Part shown: positions 41,120 through 50,193 of the stretch, piece after piece
Position numbering within the stretch: position 1 is the stretch's first letter
How the letters are laid out: every line of letters starts with the position of its first letter
Assembly (NCBI GenBank): GCA_963703345.1
Contig: OY969814.1
Span: 640,001 to 704,000 of the forward strand
Source of the DNA: an uncultured Chloroflexia bacterium
Lineage (GTDB): Bacteria; Chloroflexota; Dehalococcoidia; DSTF01; JALHUB01
Reading direction: 5' to 3'
Length of the DNA stretch: 64,000 nt
Made by a program: the position numbers and the translations under genes
The notes under the pieces: model-generated
The model's database searches: none
Told to the model about the DNA's origin: nothing
The model's input: only the letters and a program-made list of their open reading frames with translations

Positions 41120-42367
41120 ATGAGGAAACCCACATTTATCCGTTCTTGTTTTTTCGTGTTGCTGGCGGTTCTCGTAGTCACACTCGCAGGGGAGAGAACC
41201 CCGACTTATGCCGCTGGCAGCCCCTCCATTGCCCCAACCAGCAAAGTCTACCTTGCCACTCCCGGCCTGTACTTCACCAGCTATGCCAATCTGACAGAAG
41301 CCGTGACCACCACTTCTGCCACCTCTATTCACATCACTAACGGCAGCTCGAACAGTCTGCGCACAACATGGACGATAAAGGTCGATTCTGAGTTGATGCT
41401 AATCAACCAGCTCACTCTGGGAGCTTCAGGAGCCCCCGATACGATGGTGGTCAGCCGGGGCCAGGGCGGCACAACTGCCGCCACGCACGCAGCGAGCACG
41501 AATGTGAAGAGCAAGGCCGTCGCCGTTGACATCTTCGCGCAGAACGTATCAGCCCCGACCTATGGCCTCGGCGCCTTCAAAGTCCAGATCACCATCCCGC
41601 CAGGCCAACTCATAGACTTCAGTTACGACTCGACTTGGCTCATCAGCACCGGACGCACGCCGCGCTGCCTGGCAGCCGTCCAGGAGTCGCCGGGCGTCTG
41701 GACGGTGCAATGCGCAACGCTCAACAACCCGGGCCAAGGTCAGCCTTCGTGGTATCCGCCGGGACCCAACGGCAGCGGCAGAATCGCTCGTATCACGATT
41801 CTTCCGCCGGCAACCGGATTGGCCCTCGTTCCTCTCACCGGCAGCTTCGTGACCGATGTCCAGGGCACTAACCTTGGAGCTATCGTAACCCAGATCGCAA
41901 TCCTGTCCGCCGACTGTCCCGACACAAACATGGACAACAAAGTGAACACCACCGATCTGTTGAACGTCGCCATGAACCTGGGTGACGCTGGCGTGGACAG
42001 CGGAGCGACGATCTTAAACGACATAACGTCCACGCAAACCCTGATCGCCATCAGCGACCAAAGCCTCCTTTCCAAGGTTGCTCCTAACAACATCATAGCC
42101 ATTGACAACGAATCGATGACCGTGGTGAATCTCGGGGGCGGTTCCCCGGGTACGATGACTGTTACTCGAGGCACCAACTATCCGCAGCCGGCGGCTCACA
42201 AGGCCGGCTCGCCCATCTACCGTGCGACAACAGACGGCAACCATGACGGCAAGCGGGCTTACAGTCCCAGGCGAGATGTCACGCACGATCGGATCATCAA
42301 TATGACCGACCTCCTGAGAGTGGCCAGCTTCTTTGCGCTCACTCAGACCTGCCCGGCGCCGCCCTAG
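41120..42367 (+). CDS. Secreted cohesin + split dockerin-like protein with two inserted beta-modules
   Basis: GLGAFKV/WLISTGR cohesin, DTNMDNKVNTTDLL and DVTHDRIINMTDLL, two [VI]D.E.M....RG....AA.H repeats. Confidence 0.75.
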   Translation: MRKPTFIRSCFFVLLAVLVVTLAGERTPTYAAGSPSIAPTSKVYLATPGLYFTSYANLTEAVTTTSATSIHITNGSSNSLRTTWTIKVDSELMLINQLTLGASGAPDTMVVSRGQGGTTAATHAASTNVKSKAVAVDIFAQNVSAPTYGLGAFKVQITIPPGQLIDFSYDSTWLISTGRTPRCLAAVQESPGVWTVQCATLNNPGQGQPSWYPPGPNGSGRIARITILPPATGLALVPLTGSFVTDVQGTNLGAIVTQIAILSADCPDTNMDNKVNTTDLLNVAMNLGDAGVDSGATILNDITSTQTLIAISDQSLLSKVAPNNIIAIDNESMTVVNLGGGSPGTMTVTRGTNYPQPAAHKAGSPIYRATTDGNHDGKRAYSPRRDVTHDRIINMTDLLRVASFFALTQTCPAPP

Positions 42368-42547
42368 TGCCGCGCCGCGTTGGGCGGCCCGGTTTTCCTG
42401 CCAAAAATGTGATCAGCGGTTAACCTCGGCGGGCAGTTGCGCGTTATATATCGATAGGGTATCGTCCGCCCTAGAATCTTCTCGAGGCCTGAACCGCGCC
42501 GGGAGGCCTCTCAACGCGTGCTTGGACTACGATCAGGAGGTAGTGGA

Positions 42548-43846
42548 ATGAGACGTTGGCTTCGTGCACCCCTTATTCTCTTCGGGTTGGCCCTGGCGAT
42601 GACGCTGGCTGTTCTGGTCGTTGGCAACAACGGTTCCTCGACCTATGCCCACATCGTCGACTTGGACGGGACCCCCCCCATCGACGCGGGCGACGTTCAC
42701 ATGGAAATCGACATGGACATCTCGGACGGCAACCCCTGCAACCCGGTCGATACGGTGGCCTACCACAAGGCTGGTGACACCTATGTCGTCGCTATCTGTC
42801 TGACCAGCGCCGGCACTGCGGTGGGCGGCGCCAACGGACCGCCGGCCGCCTTCGACTTCCAGGTGATGTACGACAGAAGTCTGGACCAGTGCGTTCCGGG
42901 AGCCGCGGATGCCAATCTCGACGGCAACCCGGACGCCAACATCGGTACGACGTCATTCACGACGCCCAACCTGGGCGATCCCATCAGGTGGGACTGCACT
43001 GCCTCCGGCAACGCGTATCCGACCTGTGACTATGACCCCAGCAACCCGACTCAAGGCACGGCCTATCTCGGCTGCTTCATGGGGAGCGGCACCGCGACCC
43101 TGCCTGCCGGCGACCAGGTCTCAGCGCCCCTCGCCGAAATCACGTTCACAGCCCTGGCAGATGGCACTGATTCCTTGACCTTCGCCGAAGCCACCGAGGC
43201 GGACAAGGGCACGAACCAGAACATAAGCTGCCCGCCCAACGGAGCTGAGTTGAACCGGTGCTTCGACGGGACCAGCATCATCGAAGAGCCCACCGATACC
43301 CCGACGGTCACCGACACCCCGTTGCCGGGGACCGACACACCCACGCCTACGCCGACCGACACGCCCACGCAAACAAACACGCCAACAGCTACCAGCACAC
43401 CCACTGTCACAGATACACCCACTGTCACGGATACACCAACCGTCACGAATACACCAACAGACACCGCGACGCCCACCGATACCCCCACAGTAACCGAAAC
43501 GCCAACAATCACTAATACCCCAACAATCACCAACACCCCAACAATCACAAATACACCCACAATCACACCGACCGGACAAGCTACAGCGCACCATCGAAAC
43601 CCGACCAAAACTCCAACACGCACGGTGACGGCAACAACCGCGCCTCCGGCCAGTCCCGTGGTCGTGCGGACCGCCACGCCCTCCGGCGGCGCGGGACCTT
43701 CCCTCGTCCCTCCGGGCACCGGCGACGGCCCGAGCGGCAGTAGCTTCCCGTGGGTTCTGGCGTTCTTGGCGACCGCAGCCGTGTCGTGCGTGCTGGCCGC
43801 CGGCTTGTATCTCCGGTTTGGCAAGGCGCGTTCCAGAGAACGCTGA
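42548..43846 (+). CDS. Sortase substrate with type B cohesin-like domain and PT linker
   Basis: PPGTGDG, then TM and a basic tail. Confidence 0.8.
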   Translation: MRRWLRAPLILFGLALAMTLAVLVVGNNGSSTYAHIVDLDGTPPIDAGDVHMEIDMDISDGNPCNPVDTVAYHKAGDTYVVAICLTSAGTAVGGANGPPAAFDFQVMYDRSLDQCVPGAADANLDGNPDANIGTTSFTTPNLGDPIRWDCTASGNAYPTCDYDPSNPTQGTAYLGCFMGSGTATLPAGDQVSAPLAEITFTALADGTDSLTFAEATEADKGTNQNISCPPNGAELNRCFDGTSIIEEPTDTPTVTDTPLPGTDTPTPTPTDTPTQTNTPTATSTPTVTDTPTVTDTPTVTNTPTDTATPTDTPTVTETPTITNTPTITNTPTITNTPTITPTGQATAHHRNPTKTPTRTVTATTAPPASPVVVRTATPSGGAGPSLVPPGTGDGPSGSSFPWVLAFLATAAVSCVLAAGLYLRFGKARSRER

Positions 43847-43869
43847 GTCCAATAGATAGCGCGTAGCCC

Positions 43870-43898
43870 AAGAGGGCGACGAGAATCGTCGCCCTCTT
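43870..43898 (+). terminator. Intrinsic terminator-like hairpin
   Basis: AAGAGGGCGACGA-GAA-TCGTCGCCCTCTT. Confidence 0.7.
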
Positions 43899-44139
43899 CT
43901 CTATTGCCCCGCCTCCAACAGCTCCCCTCAAACAGAAAACTGAAAAAAACTGAACTTCAGCGTTGACTTTGCCGCTCTTTATGCGTTATACGTAAGAGGC
44001 TGGTTGTAGTTCAGACGTCGAATCGGCCTGGCGTCTGTAGTTCCTTGTATGTCCTGAGGACCTGGCGGAAGCGTATGTCCGTATGTTCCGCTACTGCACG
44101 GCTCCAGTCGGCTAAATTCTGCAGGAAGTGAGGGAACCA

Positions 44140-45207
44140 ATGAAACGTTGGCACTGGATGTCCTTAGCACTGGTGGGCGGCATCCTTGCCGTCGCACTGA
44201 TCGCTGTTCCCCGACTTGTCGGGGGCACACCACAGCATGCGGCCGCTCAAGAAGGTCCGTTCGTCGCGGTCAACATGGACGTGACAAACGGCACCGGCCC
44301 CTGCGACATCAACCATATGGACGCGACGCGCAACACCGCGCAGGGCGAGACGTACACAGTAGCCGTCTGCTTGGTCAACGCGCTTTCCTCGCCCGCCGCA
44401 TTCCAACTCGATCTCCTATACAACGACCAGCTCAACACCTGCGTTGTGACGCCCGGCGACGGCAACCTGGACTCCAATCCCGACGCCAACGCCGGCACCA
44501 CCCTGTTCCCGATGACCCCGACGCCCTCTCCTGGTCTGGGTCCGGGTTTCGACTGCACCAACGTGGGCTCTGCGCCCCCAAGCTGCGACAATGACACAGC
44601 TACCGGAGCCGGTCACGGCGATGCCCTCCTGGGTTGCTTCCAGGGGAACCCCAACCAAACACCGACTCTCCCTGTCGGCCAGGGAGTGTCAAGCGTGCTT
44701 TTTGAGGTAACTTTCACCGCATCCGGCGTCGGCACGGACACCCTGAGCTTCCTTGAAAGCGGAGCCGTTTCCGCGAAAAACTCCCTCACGTACGTGGATT
44801 GCGGGGTGGAAGGCTCCTGCATCGGTGGCACTGACATCAAGGGCACCGGGAGTACGTCGACACCGCCGCCCACGGCCACATCCACCCCCCCCGCCGCGCC
44901 GACGGCAACGCCGGTCTGCGGCTTTGCGGGCCTTCCCACCTGCACGCCGACGCCCAGGGCCCACACCCCAACGCCGACAACCACTGCCACCGCCACAGCT
45001 GCACCTTCAGGTGGCGGGGCGCCGGCGCCACCGCCGGCCGCGCCTCCCAGCGGCGGAGCTGGAGGCAATGTCAGGCCGCCCAACACAGGCGACGGATCGG
45101 GTACTACGCCCTGGGTCACAAGCCTGGAATGGATAATCGGCGGCGCCATGGTAGTCACACTGACGGGCGGAGCGTTCTATGTCCGCCGCGTCCGTATGCG
45201 ACGATAG
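44140..45207 (+). CDS. Sortase substrate with type B cohesin-like domain
   Basis: Signal peptide, LDSNPDAN, then PPNTGDG, TM and RRVRMRR. Confidence 0.8.
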   Translation: MKRWHWMSLALVGGILAVALIAVPRLVGGTPQHAAAQEGPFVAVNMDVTNGTGPCDINHMDATRNTAQGETYTVAVCLVNALSSPAAFQLDLLYNDQLNTCVVTPGDGNLDSNPDANAGTTLFPMTPTPSPGLGPGFDCTNVGSAPPSCDNDTATGAGHGDALLGCFQGNPNQTPTLPVGQGVSSVLFEVTFTASGVGTDTLSFLESGAVSAKNSLTYVDCGVEGSCIGGTDIKGTGSTSTPPPTATSTPPAAPTATPVCGFAGLPTCTPTPRAHTPTPTTTATATAAPSGGGAPAPPPAAPPSGGAGGNVRPPNTGDGSGTTPWVTSLEWIIGGAMVVTLTGGAFYVRRVRMRR

Positions 45208-45330
45208 AACGCGGAGAGAAGACAAAGTTGTCTACTGGTCTGCTCTCCTCAAGCGCCGAGACAAACGCCCACCCGGCGGTCCAGGGGCCGCAGGGGGCAC
45301 AGGAATAAGAAGAAAAGGGGGAAGCGAGCT

Positions 45331-47043
45331 ATGAAATACTGGAAGACCGGCTTGTTGATGGCGATTCCGGCACTGGCATTGGTGCTGTTTGGACTCAACC
45401 TGCGCCCGCCCGCCGCTCAAGCCACCGTAACGAGCGTCATCACCATAACAAAGACCAATTGCCTCACTCTTACCGGCAACGTCAACTGGAACGGCAACGA
45501 CCTCATCGATGTTGATGATGGGGCGGCGGGTCTCTCCGTGTGCAGTAACCTGGACCTTGAAGCCAACTTCAGGGTCCTGACCAGGGTCCTCAATGGGGAC
45601 CAAGACAATCCCCAACCGTCCGACTTCGCGAAGATCGACCTGGACGGCGGCCAAGCGCACGAGGTGGACGGCGATGTCTTCGTTGTCGCCTTCGTCAGTA
45701 GCGACGATCCCGTCGGTTTCTACGCTGACAACGGCGGCTTCGAGGACAGCCACACTCACGCATCCTTTGCCCTATGCGGCAAGCCCGGCGATCCGGCCAT
45801 CGACTTCTCGGACCCTGATTGCGACAAGACCGGGAGCACAATCGGCGATGGTGTAGTCGTCGCCCAATGGAAGCCGAACGGTGCGCCCCGCGGCGCTGGC
45901 GAGTTCCGCGTTCGCCAGGCCGGCAGGGAGATTGCAGCGCCTTACACAATCGTCGGCGAACCCGACCACATCTCGATCAAGGCGTTCGATACCGCCATTC
46001 AGACTGGCGCTCCCGCCTGCGAGCTCTTCAGCGACACGCCGACGTTCCTCGCGGCCGTGACGGAGCCTGAGACTACCCCGATCGTCGCCACCGTCACCGA
46101 CAGCGACGGCACTTCCATCACCGGCGCTCTCGTGACGTACAAGGTGGACGATCCGGATATGGCCTCGCTCGTCATACCATCCACGCTGCGAATTCCTCTA
46201 ACCCCAAGCCTTGACTTGCAGGCGCTGGGTTTCGGCTCGCCGGAGGTGCTTTGCGGCGGCGAAAAGACCGGAACCGTGAAGATCACGGCCACCCTCACCA
46301 CGGGAGAGAACGTTCTTCCATCGCAACTCGCTCTCGACCCCAACGCCAAAATACGTAGTGCCTCCATGACCCTGCCGGTGCAGAGTGAGCCTGTCGCGAT
46401 GACGCTCAGCGCCATTCCGCCCAGCCTCGTCTGCGATGGCACCGCCACCTCTGACGTGTCGGCCAACCTGACCGACGACAACCAGAAGGCAGTTGTCAAC
46501 GGCAACCTTGTGCAATACACGGTGAAGGCGCTGGGCAGCGTCAACCCGATCGAGGCAAGGTCGACCGATGGCGTTGCCAAGACCACCCTGACGCCGCTTT
46601 CCGGCGCGATCAACGGCGTCCTCGTTCGTGCCACCTGGATGCGGCACGTGACAAAGGGGGCCACCCCAACGCCGGTGTTCACCCCCCTGGCACCCACGTC
46701 CACCCCCGCGCCGAATATCGGCACACCTGGGCCTGGCACGCCGACCCCCGTTGCAACCAGCACCCAGGTGCCAGTGCAGACGCCGGCTCCCATCGAAACG
46801 CCGGAACCGACTGAGCTGAAATTCGTGGCCTCGGGCCTGGAACAGAGTTTCCTTGTGAACTGTGACCAGAACCCCGCCACCGTCGGCGAGCTGCCGGCGG
46901 GCGCCCCGGGCGCGGTCATCGCACCGCCGCGCACCGGCAGCGGCGGCAGCGAGCCTTCATCCTGGCTCGTAGCCCTGCCGCTGGGCGCCGTCGTCATCTT
47001 GGCATTCGGCTCCGGCCTCGCTCTGAAGAGGCGCAGAGCCTAA
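45331..47043 (+). CDS. Sortase substrate with Ig-like (Big_1/invasin-type) domains
   Basis: IVATVTDSDG and CDGTATSDVSANLTD...STDGVAKTTL, then PPRTGSG, TM and KRRRA. Confidence 0.78.
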   Translation: MKYWKTGLLMAIPALALVLFGLNLRPPAAQATVTSVITITKTNCLTLTGNVNWNGNDLIDVDDGAAGLSVCSNLDLEANFRVLTRVLNGDQDNPQPSDFAKIDLDGGQAHEVDGDVFVVAFVSSDDPVGFYADNGGFEDSHTHASFALCGKPGDPAIDFSDPDCDKTGSTIGDGVVVAQWKPNGAPRGAGEFRVRQAGREIAAPYTIVGEPDHISIKAFDTAIQTGAPACELFSDTPTFLAAVTEPETTPIVATVTDSDGTSITGALVTYKVDDPDMASLVIPSTLRIPLTPSLDLQALGFGSPEVLCGGEKTGTVKITATLTTGENVLPSQLALDPNAKIRSASMTLPVQSEPVAMTLSAIPPSLVCDGTATSDVSANLTDDNQKAVVNGNLVQYTVKALGSVNPIEARSTDGVAKTTLTPLSGAINGVLVRATWMRHVTKGATPTPVFTPLAPTSTPAPNIGTPGPGTPTPVATSTQVPVQTPAPIETPEPTELKFVASGLEQSFLVNCDQNPATVGELPAGAPGAVIAPPRTGSGGSEPSSWLVALPLGAVVILAFGSGLALKRRRA

Positions 47044-47076
47044 GCGCCGAACGGGCGCCAAATCCGTAAGTCAACG

Positions 47077-47108
47077 CGATCCCCCTCCCCCAATCGGGAG
47101 GGGGATCG
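47077..47108 (+). terminator. Intergenic stem-loop
   Basis: CGATCCCCCTCCC / GGGAGGGGGATCG. Confidence 0.65.
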
Positions 47109-47479
47109 GCGTGAGCGAGCGCGGGATCGCCGAATCTTTGTCGGCAAGCATTAACCTTTTCGTTTTTGCCGCGTTATAACGATCAGCACAAGGCCTGCTA
47201 GACAGCGCCCGAGCGTATGGCGCCTGCCCTGTGGGCGCCGCAGCCCGCCGAGGGCGAACAGGACGTCGCGGTGGGCAGGGAACGCGGATGAGCTCGAAGA
47301 AAGGAGGTAAGGCAACGAGAAAGGTTCCGCTACGCTAGCGTGTCGTCTTCGGCGTCGTCGAATAAGTCTCGGCCGAGGGCGACGCAGGAAGCGAATGCCA
47401 GACAGATCGGAACAAGGACTTGGGAAGAGAGAAACCTATCACAGTAGAAACAAAGGCACGGAACAAGGAGGATTCCTGA

Positions 47480-49135
47480 ATGAAGAAGTTTGCAATACTG
47501 GCGGGTCTGATGAGCCTGGCCCTTGTCATCGGCGTGGCCGGCTCCTCATTCCACCCCGGCAAGGCCCAGGCCAAGCCGACCGACGTCATAGCCATAAACC
47601 CTGACGTCTGCTTCTCTATCCTGAACCAGTTCACTAACCCCGTAGCAGCTGATGCCTGCTACCACCTGGACGATCCGGCCGAACTCGCGATCGTCGCGGA
47701 CGTTCTTGGCGGCGACGTCAACAACGTCGACACCTACAAGGACCTGGTGGACGCCAGTGACGCCCAGTTGGGCGAAGACGCCACGGATGCCACGTGCACC
47801 ACCGACGGCACCGTCGCTCCGTGTACCCTAACAGCTTCAACACCTTTCCAGGTCCGATACAATAGCCAGGCCATGTGGGTCCTCAACTTTGTCACGAACG
47901 ATGACCTGCTGACCGAGGACGCGGACCAGGGCGTATGGCTCTCCACCTCCCCTCTCATCGACGCTACTGAAACCCTGTCCTCCACTCAGAACAAATGCCC
48001 CTTCGCCGACGCCGACTGTGACGCGAACGCCGCTACTGTCGGTGACGGCGTCGTCGCTGACCTCCTCTTCTCCGGAAGCAACAGCGGCGACAACACACTG
48101 GACAGGGGCGACGCTCAGGCTGTCAACACCCAGTCCGGTGTCGACGTGACCCTCGACTACACGGTCGTGGGCGCACCAGACGACTTCACTCTCCAGGCCC
48201 TCGAGAGCACCCTGCAGAGTAACGGCGGCACCTGTGAGCTGCCCAGCTACCACGACGCCGCGGCCTTCACCGCCATTACTGGCCAGCCCGACGTCGCGGG
48301 CATGCTCGGTACGGTCGTTGACGACGACAACACTAAGCTCACCGGCATCTGGGTTGGCTGGCTCAGCAGCGACACGGACAAAGTCGAAGTCGCCCTGAAC
48401 ACCGGCACCCGTAATTCCGATGGGGACATGGTTGGCAGGTTCGAAGCCACGGCAACCATCGCCTCGGGCACAGTCGTCGCCGCGCCTAACCTGGCCTGCG
48501 GCGAAGACGCGGGCGACGCCACTATGGACGCCGGGGTCTTAGCCAACCCCATTTTGGCTTCGACCCTCGACTCCGACAACGAGGCCGACCTCCTTGACCC
48601 GGACGACTCCGCTGACCTGACCGTTATCGGTGGCCCGTCGACGATGACGCTTGCCGTTGTCCCGACGCAGGTCACCTGCGACGGAGTCACCAGCGCCGAG
48701 GTCGATGCCACGGTCCTCAACAGCGCTGGCAAGCCGGTCGGCGCGGGCAACAAAGTGCGGTTTGACGTCGTTGCTCTGGGAACGGCAAGCCCCATCACCG
48801 CCATGACCGACGACAAGGGAGTGGCCACGACAAAAGTCACGCCGCTTTCGGGAGTCACAGCCGGAGTGACGGTAATAGCTACCGTTGAGACTCAGACAGT
48901 CTTACTGAACGACGATCTCGAGGGGTCGGTTACCGTCGGTGTCGGCGATGCCTCGCACGACTACGACGTGACTGACAATCTCGAGTTGGCCAGGACTGAC
49001 GTCAGCACCACTGACGTCGATGCCAACGCTCTCGTCTCCTGCGCCCCCGCACCTGCGACCGCGGTGCCGGGTGGTGGAGGAGCAGGAACCGGAGTTACCC
49101 CGCCGCGAACTGGCGACGGCGGCTACCTGCCCTAG
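47480..49135 (+). CDS. Acidic secreted Ig-like protein (paralog of 45331) ending in PPRTGDGGYLP without a TM
   Basis: AAGGAGG RBS and signal peptide. Shares D.DCD....T[IV]GDGVV, YT[IV]VG.PD and CDG motifs with 45331. Confidence 0.8.
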   Translation: MKKFAILAGLMSLALVIGVAGSSFHPGKAQAKPTDVIAINPDVCFSILNQFTNPVAADACYHLDDPAELAIVADVLGGDVNNVDTYKDLVDASDAQLGEDATDATCTTDGTVAPCTLTASTPFQVRYNSQAMWVLNFVTNDDLLTEDADQGVWLSTSPLIDATETLSSTQNKCPFADADCDANAATVGDGVVADLLFSGSNSGDNTLDRGDAQAVNTQSGVDVTLDYTVVGAPDDFTLQALESTLQSNGGTCELPSYHDAAAFTAITGQPDVAGMLGTVVDDDNTKLTGIWVGWLSSDTDKVEVALNTGTRNSDGDMVGRFEATATIASGTVVAAPNLACGEDAGDATMDAGVLANPILASTLDSDNEADLLDPDDSADLTVIGGPSTMTLAVVPTQVTCDGVTSAEVDATVLNSAGKPVGAGNKVRFDVVALGTASPITAMTDDKGVATTKVTPLSGVTAGVTVIATVETQTVLLNDDLEGSVTVGVGDASHDYDVTDNLELARTDVSTTDVDANALVSCAPAPATAVPGGGGAGTGVTPPRTGDGGYLP

Positions 49136-49161
49136 GGCAGACATCCACAAGCGAAGTTAAC

Positions 49162-49191
49162 CTGGGGGCCCTGAGCAATCGGGGCCCCCAG
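49162..49191 (+). terminator. Stem-loop after the 47480 gene
   Basis: CTGGGGGCCCTG-AGCAAT-CGGGGCCCCCAG. Confidence 0.65.
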
Positions 49192-49440
49192 CGCTCTAAG
49201 GGAATCGATGAGTCGTTCCGCAGTCACAGAGCACCGGCCGCGCGGCGCCAGCCAGGCACAGCGGCCTTGCGCCAAGCTTGACCATCGCGCCAGCGGCGCT
49301 ACAATTGAATCAGCCTGTCTGCCGCTTCCCGTTGGACCGGCAGCCGGAAAGCCTGCCTGTACGGCCTGCCTGTTCATCCGCCTCTCAAGGAAGGGTAGGC
49401 AGGGTGGTGGAGGAAGAGCTCTCATCCAAGAGGTAAGCAG

Positions 49441-50184
49441 ATGAACCGAATTGCCCTACCACGCTCGCGTCTTCTCTTGTTCGGTGCCCCTGTCGTTCTA
49501 CTGTTCGTCATCGCCATCATCGCTGTCGGTGTCGCCCGCAGCGGCGGCAGTAGCAGCGCCAAGATAGGCGGCAGCCCGACAGCCAACTCCGCCGGCCTCC
49601 TCAGCGAAGGCATCGACCAGCAACAGCAGCTCGATCCCAGCCTGCTCGCCAACCGCCAGAGCGCCAGCGGCCTCTCCGGCACAAACCCGGACGCGCCTGT
49701 GCCCGGCACCGGCGAGGGCGACCGCCTGCTAATCCCGGCCATCGACGTCAACGCCGCCCTTTCGATGCGCGCCGTCACGCCGGGAACGAACGGCGCCACT
49801 GACATGCCCAACCCGGATGGGCCGAACGACGTCGTCTGGTACGACTTCTCCGCTTTCCCCGGCCTGGGCGGCAGGCCCGGCGTCGGCGGCAACTCCGTCC
49901 TCTCCGGCCACGTCGACTACCATGACTACGGGCCGGCGGTCTTCTGGGACCTGAGGAAACTCACGGAAGGCTCGGAGATCACTATCCAACTCCGCGACGG
50001 AAGCTCTTACCACTACGCGGTCCAGTGGAACCGCGTAGTCGATCCCGCTTCCACCTCCTGGAACGACATCGTCGCCGCGACTCCGCAGGAATCGCTGACA
50101 ATCATCACCTGCGCCGGCACCTTCGACTCCTCAACTCGCTCCTATGACGAGCGCCGCGTCGTCTGGGCCGTGCGCACCGGCTAG
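49441..50184 (+). CDS. Class F sortase 1
   Basis: N-terminal TM, LLIPAIDVNA, VVWY, GNSVLSGHVD, LTIITC and R. Confidence 0.92.
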   Translation: MNRIALPRSRLLLFGAPVVLLFVIAIIAVGVARSGGSSSAKIGGSPTANSAGLLSEGIDQQQQLDPSLLANRQSASGLSGTNPDAPVPGTGEGDRLLIPAIDVNAALSMRAVTPGTNGATDMPNPDGPNDVVWYDFSAFPGLGGRPGVGGNSVLSGHVDYHDYGPAVFWDLRKLTEGSEITIQLRDGSSYHYAVQWNRVVDPASTSWNDIVAATPQESLTIITCAGTFDSSTRSYDERRVVWAVRTG

Positions 50185-50193
50185 AGGTGGGAA

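Noticed and set aside
24524-49135. Classical cellulosome for polysaccharide degradation
   Set aside because: No GH, CBM3 or SLH motifs are recognisable in the window. Enzymes encoded elsewhere cannot be excluded.
49133-49180. Pyrrolysine or other read-through of the TAG to supply a TM helix
   Set aside because: The downstream frame (GRHPQAKLTWGP*) is short and not hydrophobic.
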